From a candidate division WOR-3 bacterium (GTDB lineage: Bacteria > Hydrothermota > 32-111): DNA of 64,000 bases. The notes beneath the pieces are model-generated. The model worked only from the letters and a program-made list of their open reading frames with translations, was not told where the DNA came from and did no database searches. Position numbers and translations under genes: made by a program. Positions 51,742 through 61,901 of this stretch are shown one piece after another; position 1 is the first letter of the stretch, and every line of letters starts with the position of its first letter. The stretch spans positions 544,001-608,000 of the forward strand of contig JBBFKX010000001.1 in NCBI GenBank assembly GCA_037481815.1, written 5' to 3'.

Positions 51742-52188
51742 TTATTTTGTGATATAAGTGTAGAGAATAAAAACTGTGTTCGCAATAACCGCAACGTTGT
51801 AAATATCCCTTAAATATCTTGTGAGATGGTATATAAAATCACCACCTATTCTCACAGTATCTCCTGGTTTTAGAATCGGATTGTGTTTTCTTGATTTTTC
51901 ATTTTTGAATTTTGCAAGATCACATATCTCTCTTGAACCATCAGAATGTATAATAACCACACTATTCAAATTGGCGTTCTCTTTGGGACCTCCAGCATAC
52001 GATATTGCTGTAATCAAATCCGTTCCATCAGGAACAAGAACAGTTGTAGGATTGTTAACATATCCCCAGATGTTAACCCTTATCATCAAAACATTTTCCT
52101 CATTTGGTGAATAATAATAACTCCTAAATTCCTGAGAAAAGATTGCAATCGATAGAACTAAAATAAAAAATATAAAAATCCTTTTCAT
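51742..52188 (-). CDS. short SLBB-domain polysaccharide export (OPX/Wza-like) protein
   Basis: Signal peptide; VNIWGYVNNP, AISYAGG, LKPGDTV; directly upstream of wzc. Confidence 0.78.
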   Translation of the reverse strand: MKRIFIFFILVLSIAIFSQEFRSYYYSPNEENVLMIRVNIWGYVNNPTTVLVPDGTDLITAISYAGGPKENANLNSVVIIHSDGSREICDLAKFKNEKSRKHNPILKPGDTVRIGGDFIYHLTRYLRDIYNVAVIANTVFILYTYITK

Positions 52189-52210
52189 TGATTCTCCTTT
52201 CAAGAATTTT

Positions 52211-52239
52211 ATTATATTATATAATAGCATTAAATTCAA
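52211..52239 (-). promoter_or_regulatory. promoter of the polysaccharide operon
   Basis: TTGAAT-17 nt-TATAAT upstream of an AAAGGAG SD. Confidence 0.6.
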
Positions 52240-52248
52240 TAAAAAAAT

Positions 52249-53613
52249 TTACAAACTTTCAAAAAATGCTCTATAAGCTCTGTATGTTTCATAAAGATCA
52301 ACTTTTGAAACAAGTTCAAATGGAGAATGCATACCCAAAAGCGCTGGGCCACAGTCGATCACATTTGGATTGAAAAATGCCAAAAACGCTGCAATCGTTC
52401 CACCTCCACCTGCATCAACTTTACCGAGTTCAGCGACCTGCCATGAAACATCATTTTTATTAAAAATCTCCTTTATTTTAAAAAGGTATTCAGCGTTAGC
52501 ATCGTTTGCTCCACCTTTTCCACCTGACCCTGTGAACTTTGTAATAACTACACCATAACCGATCTTTGCTCCATTCTGTTGTTCATGAACTTCAGGGAAA
52601 TCAGGATCTATTCCGGCTGAAACATCAGCAGAAATAAAATCAGAATTCTTTAAAACTTCTCTTATATTTTTATAGGTTGGCTCTATTTTTGATCTTTTTA
52701 AAATTTCAATTATCACATCTTCAAGAAACAAAGATTTTGCTCCAGTTGCACCGTTTGATCCAACCTCTTCTTTATCGAAAAGAATTGAACACACCGTGAA
52801 TTTATTTTTTGCATCGAAAAGAGCGGTTGTGGAGGTATAGGAACATATTCTATCATCATGTCCGTAACCACCGATAAAAGATCTGTCAAAACCAACATCG
52901 AATACGCTCCCCTGAGGAACTATCTCAAGTTCAGATGAAATAAAATCTTCTTCAACTATACCATACTTTTCATTTAAAATTTTTAGAACCATCTTTTTCA
53001 CAGGATTTTCTTTTTCACCTTTCAAAGGTATCGAACCAACTATTATATTTAATTTTTCACCCTCGAAAGCGTCTCTCACAGTTTTTTCATATTGGTTTTT
53101 TGAAAGATGCGGTAAAAGATCATTTATTGTAAAAACCGGATCACCATCATTGTCACCTATCGAAATTTCTACGGTTTTACCATCTTTTTTTATTACAACT
53201 CCATATAATGAAAGCGGTCTTGCAAGATAATGGTATTTTTTTATTCCACCATAATAATGTGTCTTAAAATGTGCTATCTCTTCTTTTTCATACAAAGGGT
53301 TTTGTTTTAGATCTATCCTCGGGACATCAGCATGGCTGCCTATTAGTTTTATACCCTTTAATGGTGATATCTTACCCAAACTTACAAAAGCGATTGTTTT
53401 ATTCTTGTTAACTATATAGAATTTTTCTTTTCCATCCTCTGTAAAATTTTTTTTCTCTGCAAGATTTTTCATATACTTTAAAGTCAATCTTTCGGTTTTC
53501 GAATTTTTCAAAAATTCAACATACTTTTTTCCATAATCGAAAATATCTTTTATCCCTTTTTCATCATACTTTTCCCATACATTTTTTCTTGAATACAAAA
53601 TCTCATCCTTCAT
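52249..53613 (-). CDS. M18 family aminopeptidase
   Basis: SHADVPRIDLK, HYYGGIKKY, DDR, DKEEVGS, MHSPFE. Confidence 0.92.
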   Translation of the reverse strand: MKDEILYSRKNVWEKYDEKGIKDIFDYGKKYVEFLKNSKTERLTLKYMKNLAEKKNFTEDGKEKFYIVNKNKTIAFVSLGKISPLKGIKLIGSHADVPRIDLKQNPLYEKEEIAHFKTHYYGGIKKYHYLARPLSLYGVVIKKDGKTVEISIGDNDGDPVFTINDLLPHLSKNQYEKTVRDAFEGEKLNIIVGSIPLKGEKENPVKKMVLKILNEKYGIVEEDFISSELEIVPQGSVFDVGFDRSFIGGYGHDDRICSYTSTTALFDAKNKFTVCSILFDKEEVGSNGATGAKSLFLEDVIIEILKRSKIEPTYKNIREVLKNSDFISADVSAGIDPDFPEVHEQQNGAKIGYGVVITKFTGSGGKGGANDANAEYLFKIKEIFNKNDVSWQVAELGKVDAGGGGTIAAFLAFFNPNVIDCGPALLGMHSPFELVSKVDLYETYRAYRAFFESL

Positions 53614-53625
53614 TTTATCTCCTTT

Positions 53626-54378
53626 TTAAATATTTTCAGTTAAAATTTCGAACCCCTCCTTACAAACAAGCACAGTGTTCTCATAATGTGCTGAAAGTTT
53701 ACCATCCTCTGTTACTGCAGTCCACCCATCATTTAGAATTTTCACCCTATAACTCCCCTGGTTTACCATCGGTTCGATGGCAAGACACATTCCTTTTTTC
53801 AACAGAGGACCTTTCCCTAACTCTCCCACATTCTGAAAAAATGGTTCCTCATGCAATTTTTTTCCAACACCATGACTTACAAAATCTCTTACAAGAGAAA
53901 ATCCCTGACTTTCAACAGTCTTTTGTATCATATATGAAATATCATAAAGATGGTTTCCTTCAACTGCCATTTTTGCACCTTCAAAGAATGATTTTTTTGT
54001 AATCTCAACAAGTTTTTTCGTTTCCTGAGAAACTTCGCCAACAATAAAAGTTCTTGCCGCATCGGTTATGAATCCTTTATATATCACTCCCATATCCACC
54101 GAAACAATATCCCCGTTTTTGATAACATATTCTGATGGTATACCATGCACAACAACCTCATTCACTGAAATACAACTAACAGCGGGATAACCTTTATAAC
54201 CAAGAAAAGGGGATTTTACTTTAAATTTTTTTAAAAGTTTTCTTAACTCCATCTCAATCTCAAAGGTTGTTGTTCCTGCAACTATCCTTTCTTCGATTTC
54301 AAGTAATATTTCTGAAAGTATTCTTCCAGAATCTCTCATCAATAAAATTTCTTTTTCACTTTTTATCGGTATATTCAC
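53626..54378 (-). CDS. map: methionine aminopeptidase type I
   Basis: CISVNEVVVHGIP, HGVG..LHEEP, AIEPM, SAHYENT. Confidence 0.96.
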   Translation of the reverse strand: MNIPIKSEKEILLMRDSGRILSEILLEIEERIVAGTTTFEIEMELRKLLKKFKVKSPFLGYKGYPAVSCISVNEVVVHGIPSEYVIKNGDIVSVDMGVIYKGFITDAARTFIVGEVSQETKKLVEITKKSFFEGAKMAVEGNHLYDISYMIQKTVESQGFSLVRDFVSHGVGKKLHEEPFFQNVGELGKGPLLKKGMCLAIEPMVNQGSYRVKILNDGWTAVTEDGKLSAHYENTVLVCKEGFEILTENI

Positions 54379-55099
54379 TCAAAAACTCCAGAACTATATT
54401 TTTTTTGTCATCCTTTGTTTCTATAACAACAAAGGTATCCCTTGAAATTTTATTCAGAATATCTTTATATATTTCAAAATCCTGTTTTAAAAAGTTATGC
54501 TGGTCTGTGATTCTATCATTTGAATGTAGGTGCAAAACTTTTATATGTTCCTTGAACTCCTCAAAAATTTTTAAAGGTTCTTTAAAGGTTAACAAAGAAT
54601 GACCAAAATCAAAACATAGGTCAAATCCGTTATCAATGAAAAACTTTATTTCCTTTTCGTAACTACACAGATATCCTGATGGTAAATTTTCAACAAGAAT
54701 CTCTACATCGAAAATTTTTCCAGTTTCTTTTATTTCTATCAAAGATTCAAGTGATTTTTTTAAACTTTCTATTCTTGTACTTTCACGATTAAGTTTTGAG
54801 GAAGGATGAACCACAGCATATCTGATGTTCAACCTTTTTGCTATAGGAATCGATTTTTCAACCTCTCTAATCGATTTCACTCTTTCCCATTGATTCATAG
54901 ATGAGATGTCTATATTCTCAAAAGTTGAATGTATCAAAAAATTTAAATTTTCTTTTTTAAACGAATCAAAATTTAAAAGATCGTAATCTTTTATCAATCG
55001 ATCGCTTCTCAACTCTATTCCCTCGAAGTATTTTAAAACAAAATCATAATCAAAATCGTTTCCCTTGAAAAAAATCTGTGAGATAAAAAATTTTATCAT
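54356..55099 (-). CDS. sugar phosphate isomerase/epimerase (AP endonuclease 2 TIM-barrel) family protein
   Basis: VVHP, LVENL, CFDFGH, LHLHSN...DQH, VVIE. Confidence 0.82.
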   Translation of the reverse strand: MIKFFISQIFFKGNDFDYDFVLKYFEGIELRSDRLIKDYDLLNFDSFKKENLNFLIHSTFENIDISSMNQWERVKSIREVEKSIPIAKRLNIRYAVVHPSSKLNRESTRIESLKKSLESLIEIKETGKIFDVEILVENLPSGYLCSYEKEIKFFIDNGFDLCFDFGHSLLTFKEPLKIFEEFKEHIKVLHLHSNDRITDQHNFLKQDFEIYKDILNKISRDTFVVIETKDDKKNIVLEFLSEYTDKK

Positions 55100-55869
55100 C
55101 TTTTTACCTTTTCGATAATCTTTTCGCCTATACGTTTGAAATGTTCCACGAATTGAGAATCTTTAAATTTTTCTATATAAGGGACCCCGAGATCAACCGA
55201 AACAAGAAGGTTTCTATCAAAAGGAATCCTTTCTATTATTTCCACATTGTAAATCGAAAGAAGATTTTCTAAACTCTCCCTTCTGTAAAGTTCAAGTACT
55301 GACTTACAGTTGGGACACACTATATTAATCATATTCTCAACGACACCGATTATTGGAATGTTGTATTGATTAGCAAATATTATTGATCTTTCAGTATCTA
55401 TAAGTGTTATATCCTGACTACTTGTAATTATCAAAGCTCCATCGATCCTTTTGATTTTATCCACAAGAGTTAACCCACCATCGGAAAAACTTGCAGGGAA
55501 ATCAACAAAAATATAATCGAAATCTGACCAATCGGTATCAACAACAAACTGTTCTGTAATCAATCTCTCCTGTACACCTCTTAATATAACAGGAAGTTTC
55601 TTATCGGTAAGGAAGAAACCGTATGATGCAAGATAAAGATTTGAAAGTATTTTTACAGGTAAAAGTTTTTTATTCTGTATACCCATTTTTCTATTTTCAA
55701 CACCAAAAATCGATGGTAGATCTGGATTGTAAAAATCCATATCTATGACTCCAACCTTTTTATTCTCATTTGTTGAAAAAAGGTAAGCGATATTTGCAAG
55801 CATAGTAGATTTTCCTGTTCCACCCTTATTACTCAAAAAGAGTACTATTTTTGTTTTTTCTTCAATCAT
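55096..55869 (-). CDS. Mrp/ApbC/NBP35-family P-loop ATPase (Fe-S carrier), divergent
   Basis: KGGTGKST, GVVENM, CPNC, IPFD. Confidence 0.82.
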   Translation of the reverse strand: MIEEKTKIVLFLSNKGGTGKSTMLANIAYLFSTNENKKVGVIDMDFYNPDLPSIFGVENRKMGIQNKKLLPVKILSNLYLASYGFFLTDKKLPVILRGVQERLITEQFVVDTDWSDFDYIFVDFPASFSDGGLTLVDKIKRIDGALIITSSQDITLIDTERSIIFANQYNIPIIGVVENMINIVCPNCKSVLELYRRESLENLLSIYNVEIIERIPFDRNLLVSVDLGVPYIEKFKDSQFVEHFKRIGEKIIEKVKR

Positions 55870-56714
55870 ATTAACCTCTTAAAAGTTTCATACGCTTCAA
55901 AACTGGATCTAACAAATATTCCAGATACAACTTTTTTTATTCCAAAGTTCTCTGCTTTTTCTTTTAATCTATCGAATTCCTTTTGTGAATAGTATTTTAC
56001 AACCTTATGGTGCTTTGGAGAAGGTGAAATATACTGACCTATCGTGAGTATATCAACTGAGACATCGCTTAGATCTTTAAAAAGTTTTTCAAGTTGTTCT
56101 TCAGTTTCACCCAGTCCAACCATAATTCCACTTTTTGTTGTAACTTTAAATTTTTTCACCTCAAAAAGCATTCTTAAAGAAAAATCGTATGAAGCATTTA
56201 TTCTAACTTCTCTATAAAGTTCTTTGACAGTTTCAAGGTTATGGTTGAAAACATCGATTTTTGAAAAATTTAAACTGCTGAGGTTTTTTAAATCCTGTTT
56301 AAAATCAGGCACAAGGACCTCAATTTTTATATCTGGAAAAGTTTTTTTTATACTCTCAACAACAATGTTGAAATAAAAAGCACCACCATCTTCAAGATCG
56401 TCTCTTGTAACCGATGTTATAACAACATAATCGAGTTTAAGTTCCTCTATAGCTTTTATTATCTCTTCAATTTCATCCTTGTCCAACGGTAAAGGTTTAC
56501 CCTTTTTTATAGCGCAAAAAGAACAATTTCTGGTACATATATCTCCCATCACAAGGAAAGTAGCTGTTCTTTTTGAAAAGCATAATCCTCTGTTCGGGCA
56601 TTTTGCTTCTTCACAAACAGTGTGAATATGTGAAGTGTTTCTTAGGAATTTTTTTACACTGTCTTCCTTCGTTTTAGTATAAAGAAAATCCTTATATTCC
56701 TTTGGTAAACTCAT
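55866..56714 (-). CDS. lipA: lipoyl synthase
   Basis: [12 protein letters not shown] auxiliary cluster, [20 protein letters not shown]. Confidence 0.95.
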   Translation of the reverse strand: MSLPKEYKDFLYTKTKEDSVKKFLRNTSHIHTVCEEAKCPNRGLCFSKRTATFLVMGDICTRNCSFCAIKKGKPLPLDKDEIEEIIKAIEELKLDYVVITSVTRDDLEDGGAFYFNIVVESIKKTFPDIKIEVLVPDFKQDLKNLSSLNFSKIDVFNHNLETVKELYREVRINASYDFSLRMLFEVKKFKVTTKSGIMVGLGETEEQLEKLFKDLSDVSVDILTIGQYISPSPKHHKVVKYYSQKEFDRLKEKAENFGIKKVVSGIFVRSSFEAYETFKRLI

Positions 56715-57060
56715 CTTTTATCTCATTTTTTTGATCAAGTACAATTATTTTCGCTTTATAATCTTTCAGTTCATCGGAATTGAACAAACCGAAAGACATG
56801 ATTATCAATCTATCCCCTTTCTGAACAAGTCGTGCTGCTCCTCCATTAACTCCAATAACTTTCGAGTTTCTTTTGCCTTTAATTACATAAGTTTCAAACC
56901 TTTCCCCATTCTCAACATCGATCACAAGAACTTTTTCGTTTGGCAGAATATCCACTCTTTCCATTATATCAGGATCTATCTCTATACTTCCCTCATAGTT
57001 TACCTCGGCTTTTGTAACGATTGCATTATGAATTTTTGATTTTAACATAATTTTGAACAT
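56692..57060 (-). CDS. panD: aspartate 1-decarboxylase
   Basis: MLKSKIH, YEG/SI cleavage site, [14 protein letters not shown]. Confidence 0.97.
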   Translation of the reverse strand: MFKIMLKSKIHNAIVTKAEVNYEGSIEIDPDIMERVDILPNEKVLVIDVENGERFETYVIKGKRNSKVIGVNGGAARLVQKGDRLIIMSFGLFNSDELKDYKAKIIVLDQKNEIKDEFTKGI

Positions 57061-57083
57061 AACACATCCTTTTTAGATTTATT

Positions 57084-57111
57084 ATTATAATTTAAAAAAG
57101 TTTCAAGTCAA
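57084..57111 (-). promoter_or_regulatory. promoter upstream of the panD-lipA-mrp operon
   Basis: TTGACT-16 nt-TATAAT. Confidence 0.55.
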
Positions 57112-57122
57112 TCAATTAAGTG

Positions 57123-57635
57123 TTACTTCTGTTCCTTATTAATTTTAAAAACTTCTTTGAGGAAAAGTAAAAAGGAGACGAAATAGATTGATTTAAAGAA
57201 TATTATAAAGAAATTTCTTTCTAAAAATTTAAAAAAAACATACCCGTTCTCGAAAAAATCCATTTTTGCAACTAAGATAAGAAGAGAGTTCAGAATTATA
57301 ACGGGTAAAAAAATCTGAACCAACTGTTTCAATATCGTTAAAACATTCAATTGCTTCTCATCAAGTTTTTTGTAAATTACAAACAAAAAAAAATTAGAAA
57401 AATTCAACATCAAAAATTCAAAAAAATAGATTACTCTTACGGTATCATAATTCACATTTACCTTCTCATATTTTACATTTATCAAAAGATGAAGAAAAAT
57501 TAAAAACAGAATAAAACTCTGTAAAACTCCGTTAAGGAAAGAAATAAAAGTTAAAAACTTATAAAATCTCTTAATCTTAAAAAAAAGAAAAAAAACCAAA
57601 GCAATATAAATTAAAAATACTGCAAGAAATATCAT
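57123..57635 (-). CDS. hypothetical membrane protein (4-5 TM)
   Basis: Hydrophobic ORF with ATGA overlap to the upstream gene. Confidence 0.55.
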   Translation of the reverse strand: MIFLAVFLIYIALVFFLFFKIKRFYKFLTFISFLNGVLQSFILFLIFLHLLINVKYEKVNVNYDTVRVIYFFEFLMLNFSNFFLFVIYKKLDEKQLNVLTILKQLVQIFLPVIILNSLLILVAKMDFFENGYVFFKFLERNFFIIFFKSIYFVSFLLFLKEVFKINKEQK

Positions 57636-59260
57636 TCTATACCTTTTAAAAATTCTATTCTTGTTTTTATGTATCCATACAGATCCTCAAAATATCCTAC
57701 CTTTATAAATCTAATTGTACCGTTTTTATCGATTATGAAAATAGTTGGAACACCTTCAATCTTTAAACTGTCCATCAATAAACTTCCATTTGGAAAGACA
57801 GTGTAAGAGAATTTTGTTTCATTGATAAACTTGTTCAGAGATTCAGTCTTGTTATCCGAAGCTATTGCTAAAAATTCAAAGTTTTTATTCTTCTTGTATG
57901 TCTCTCTGATTTCGTTTAAAAAGTTTATTTCTTTTTTACAGTATGGACAGGTTGATGAGAAAAAGTTCAAAATGGTAATTTTCCCATTAACGATTTTTGA
58001 TAGTTTTATTTTTTGCCCATCCATGCTTTCAATTTCAAATTCAGGTAATTTTAAAGTATCCATTTTAGATTTAAGATAAGTGTAAACTTTTTTTTCAATA
58101 TCCTTTTTTTTGATTCCCAAATTTTTTTCCACAAGTTTTAAAACTTTTTCATCGTATAAATTTTCACTCAACAGTTTGATACCATAACTTTCAATCTTTT
58201 TTTTATCATTGGTTTCGACCGCAAGATCAAACCCGGTTTTAAAAACATCCATATCCTCAAGGTTGTATTCCTTTTCAACTATTTCAAGATATTTAGCACT
58301 CTGTTCGTAATCTTTTAAGATCAAATAGCCTTTTGCAAGATAAAAGTTAAGCCAATCACCATAATCATAATATATTTCACTTTCAGAAAGATTTAAAAGG
58401 TTGTTTACCGATTTTTCAACAGAATATCTTTTTTCGATAAAAAACGCTGACACGGAAAACCTTAAATCATCCGATATCTGCTGATCTAAAAGTTTTTCCA
58501 TTTTTGACAGTATTTCATCTTTTAAAATACCCTTTTCATAAAAATCAATACACTGATACAAAATATAAATAAAATCTTCATTTTTATAAAAATTTTCAAA
58601 TGTAAAATCGATGAGTTTTTTGAGTGAAGGTAAATCAATTTTTTCATAATCAAATACAAGTTCAACAGCAATATTGAAAGAAATATATGAAGAATCAAGG
58701 ATACCTATAGCTTTTTTTAAAATATTGAAAGCTTTTTCATTCTCGTTTAAATCCTTAAAAACCAAACTATTCTTGTATATCACATTCAGATTGGTACTGT
58801 CGTTCAAATAGTAAAAATCTAACAAACTATCCAAATTTTGGTATTTTTTCTCATAAAGAAAGTCTACAAGTTTTGAATATGAGTCATAATCTTTTTTCAA
58901 TCTATAATTTTTTTCCAGATAAACTAAAAGTGAATCATCCATATCGTAGTTTTGAAATATACCAATCTTATATTCCAATAGACCTTCTTTATCGAGGTTT
59001 TTAGAAAAATAAAAGTTTAGAAGATTTTTTGAATCATCTTCAAATATTATAACAGAATCGTTTTTTTCAGTTTTTACCAAAAATTCCTTATTTTTAGAAG
59101 GTTTCAATGAAACTTTTGAAGAGAAGTCAAAATTTTTTATTACAAAAATCGAGTCCTTTTCACATTTTATTTTTAGATAAGAGCCATTTTTGAAATAGTT
59201 TTCTGTGTTTACAAAAATAAAAGAAATTAGAAAAAAAAATAAAAATAACAATTTTTTCAT
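57632..59260 (-). CDS. secreted helical/TPR-like protein with a C-terminal TlpA/ResA-type thioredoxin domain
   Basis: Signal peptide; LPEFEIESMDG...ILNFFSSTCPYCKKE...IEGVPTIFIIDKNG. Confidence 0.8.
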   Translation of the reverse strand: MKKLLFLFFFLISFIFVNTENYFKNGSYLKIKCEKDSIFVIKNFDFSSKVSLKPSKNKEFLVKTEKNDSVIIFEDDSKNLLNFYFSKNLDKEGLLEYKIGIFQNYDMDDSLLVYLEKNYRLKKDYDSYSKLVDFLYEKKYQNLDSLLDFYYLNDSTNLNVIYKNSLVFKDLNENEKAFNILKKAIGILDSSYISFNIAVELVFDYEKIDLPSLKKLIDFTFENFYKNEDFIYILYQCIDFYEKGILKDEILSKMEKLLDQQISDDLRFSVSAFFIEKRYSVEKSVNNLLNLSESEIYYDYGDWLNFYLAKGYLILKDYEQSAKYLEIVEKEYNLEDMDVFKTGFDLAVETNDKKKIESYGIKLLSENLYDEKVLKLVEKNLGIKKKDIEKKVYTYLKSKMDTLKLPEFEIESMDGQKIKLSKIVNGKITILNFFSSTCPYCKKEINFLNEIRETYKKNKNFEFLAIASDNKTESLNKFINETKFSYTVFPNGSLLMDSLKIEGVPTIFIIDKNGTIRFIKVGYFEDLYGYIKTRIEFLKGIE

Positions 59261-61452
59261 TTTTCACTCCATTTTGATATCTTTAAAATCTTTTTCCCAT
59301 CTATCTCTTCCCCGGCTTTTTTGCCTAAAAGTTTTTGTGCTAGGGGTGACAGGTAAGAGATTATCCCATTATCAGGATCAGCATCGAATGGCCCTAAAAT
59401 AGCATACTTTTTTATTTTCTTTTCAGTAATATCTTCGAACTCAACCACCACACCAATTTCAACTTTGTCCCCACTGATTTTTTTAAAGTTGATTGGAAAG
59501 GTTTTTTCAAGTTCTTTTCTCAATTCTTCAGCTTTTGTTGAGAAAAATGAATACTGCTCCCTGGCAAATTTGTATTCGGAATTTTCACTAAGATCACCAA
59601 GTGCTGCTGCTTCCCCTATCATTTTTGAGAGTTGTGGTAGTTTAACATTTACTATTTCCTCAAATTCTTTCCTTTTCTTTTCTATACCTTCTCTTGTAGA
59701 GTAAACCACATCATCATTTTCAAGTTTTAAAAATGTTGGATAAAGTTCATAGATGTCTCTTTTTAAAAGATCCTTCTGATGATCCGTTAAATAGGAAATC
59801 TTTTCTATCTCATCAAAAATTATTTTTGCAGATTCCTCTTTGAAGTTCTTTAGATAGTATATGATACCTTTATTTTTGGACTGAAAAAACATTCTTTTAA
59901 CAGAGTTAACAAACCATTCGTTATCCTTCTTCGAATAAAGTTCATTGGCGATGCTCAAAGATCTGAATATTATGTAATCAAGATCAAATTTTAACAATTT
60001 TTCATCAAGATGATAGTTCAGATACCAATCAAAAAAGTTCAAGGGTCTTCCCAATCTGATCGATTTCTCTGTAATTTCTATAATTTTGCTTTTAAATCCA
60101 TCATTCAAATTTTTGAAAACATTTTCAATACGATCCTTTTCAAAATCTTTCATAAATTTTTCTGGATCAAAATCTCTTCCTTCTTTAACAGCTTTGATCA
60201 AAAGAGATTCTTTGAAGAAAGGATTTTCAAATCTATCATAGTTTTCAAAATCGTTTAAATTCAAATATTTCTGATCACCCGTTATCACAAAATTTATTTC
60301 ATTTTTGAGTTTATCACATTTTTCATTTACAAGATCTAAAATCTCCGTTAAATTTTCTTCATCTGTTTTTCGCGTTTTCAATATATTAAAAATGTATTGT
60401 CTTACGGATTGTTCATCCTTCAAATTCGTTATAATTCTTGACAGATCGTTGTCCTGCATACTTTTTAGAACATATCTTGTTGGTTCTTCATATATAACTT
60501 CAATCAGTTCACATTTTTCTATATCTTTCTTTTTCTTATTCAGGACAGAACCTGCTTCTTTTCCATAAATAAAAGATAATTCGGTTTTTAACTGCTCTTT
60601 TGTCAGCCCACTATTTTTATACTTTAAAATTGAGACGATCAGTTCACAGATATCGATATTTTTTCCTTTTTCAGGGTCAAAGAATTTTAAAACTCTGAAA
60701 TCGTTTTCATCTATCGGGGATGTTTTAAGCATCAATTCTTTTGCTTCAATCCTCTTTACTCTACCAAGTTTGTCTTTAAGTGTAAAAATCCTTAAAGATT
60801 GATCGAAATTTTCTATCCTGTTGATATCGTTGTTATATATAACAAAAGTATTTTTCTTGAAACTCAAACCTTTCAAAAAATTTGAAAAAGATTCTTCGTC
60901 ATCTTTGTCCTTTAAAAAGATTTCATAGGAAATTTCGGCAGTTGGAAACACATTACTTAACTCTTTCAATTTTGAAGCAAAATCTTTTCCGAGAATCAAC
61001 CTTGAAACAAAACTTATCAAAAGATTTTTATCATCGGTCAGATTCTTTACATAATCGACAACTATACTTTTATTTTTGTTTTTTAAGAGAAACTCAAGCA
61101 GTCCTTCATCCGAAAAGATTGCTCCTTCTCTTTCAAGAAAAATTATCATAAAATCATCATATAGATCTTTTCTATCTTTTGTGATTATCATTTTGAACAT
61201 TTTCTTGCATTCTTCCTGATCAAAATTCCTGTCAAAAAGAAATCTGTTAAACAAAAAATCGATATCATTTTTAATTTCGTTATTTTTTGAAGATACGAGA
61301 TCAAAAACTTTCAGATTTTTTCGGTTGGCTGCTCTAAAAAATAATCTCAACCGATGGATATCCTCTTCATCTTTAAAGTTCTCAACGAAATATTTCACAA
61401 AAAGTTCATATTCTCCTTTTTCATAAACTTTTTCAAGTTCTTCAAAATTCAT
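59257..61452 (-). CDS. greA: GreA/GreB-family transcript cleavage factor with a ~580 aa N-terminal extension
   Basis: C-terminal GDLSENSEY and ISYLSPLAQKLLGK motifs. Confidence 0.82.
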   Translation of the reverse strand: MNFEELEKVYEKGEYELFVKYFVENFKDEEDIHRLRLFFRAANRKNLKVFDLVSSKNNEIKNDIDFLFNRFLFDRNFDQEECKKMFKMIITKDRKDLYDDFMIIFLEREGAIFSDEGLLEFLLKNKNKSIVVDYVKNLTDDKNLLISFVSRLILGKDFASKLKELSNVFPTAEISYEIFLKDKDDEESFSNFLKGLSFKKNTFVIYNNDINRIENFDQSLRIFTLKDKLGRVKRIEAKELMLKTSPIDENDFRVLKFFDPEKGKNIDICELIVSILKYKNSGLTKEQLKTELSFIYGKEAGSVLNKKKKDIEKCELIEVIYEEPTRYVLKSMQDNDLSRIITNLKDEQSVRQYIFNILKTRKTDEENLTEILDLVNEKCDKLKNEINFVITGDQKYLNLNDFENYDRFENPFFKESLLIKAVKEGRDFDPEKFMKDFEKDRIENVFKNLNDGFKSKIIEITEKSIRLGRPLNFFDWYLNYHLDEKLLKFDLDYIIFRSLSIANELYSKKDNEWFVNSVKRMFFQSKNKGIIYYLKNFKEESAKIIFDEIEKISYLTDHQKDLLKRDIYELYPTFLKLENDDVVYSTREGIEKKRKEFEEIVNVKLPQLSKMIGEAAALGDLSENSEYKFAREQYSFFSTKAEELRKELEKTFPINFKKISGDKVEIGVVVEFEDITEKKIKKYAILGPFDADPDNGIISYLSPLAQKLLGKKAGEEIDGKKILKISKWSEK

Positions 61453-61901
61453 TTGTGATACTTCTCCTTATTGAGTATGGTTAAACCTCTATAGATCTGT
61501 TCCATAAGAACAATTCTTGCGATCTTATGTGGAAAAGTCATTTTCGAGAGTGAAAGCACAAGATCAACATTTTTGTAAACATCTTCTGTTACCCCAAAAA
61601 CACCACCGATTATAAAAGCAATCTTTTCTTTTTCAAGAAGTTTTGTAAACGAAAGCGAATCGAACATTTTTCCTTCTTTCGCAAGAAGAATTTTAAAACT
61701 ATCAATACTTTTGAGGTTATCCAGAATAATTCTTGATTCTTTTTCCATCATTTTACTTTTATCCTCTTTCAACTCTCCATAATCTTTAACATATTTTATT
61801 TCAATACTTCTGTATTTTTTAACCCTTTCAACATACTCATAGAAAATATCTGAAAAGACATCATTTTTATTCTTCCCAACAGTTAAAACAGTTATTCCCA
61901 T
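61449..61901 (-). CDS. rlmH: 23S rRNA m3Psi1915 methyltransferase
   Basis: TVGK, FIIGG..G, LSLSKMTFPH, EQIYRG, YHK; likely ATG at 61901. Confidence 0.93.
   Translation of the reverse strand: MGITVLTVGKNKNDVFSDIFYEYVERVKKYRSIEIKYVKDYGELKEDKSKMMEKESRIILDNLKSIDSFKILLAKEGKMFDSLSFTKLLEKEKIAFIIGGVFGVTEDVYKNVDLVLSLSKMTFPHKIARIVLMEQIYRGLTILNKEKYHK

Noticed and set aside
58504..58511. TTGACAGT half-site of the MerR palindrome
   Set aside because: Single half-site inside a coding region; expected by chance
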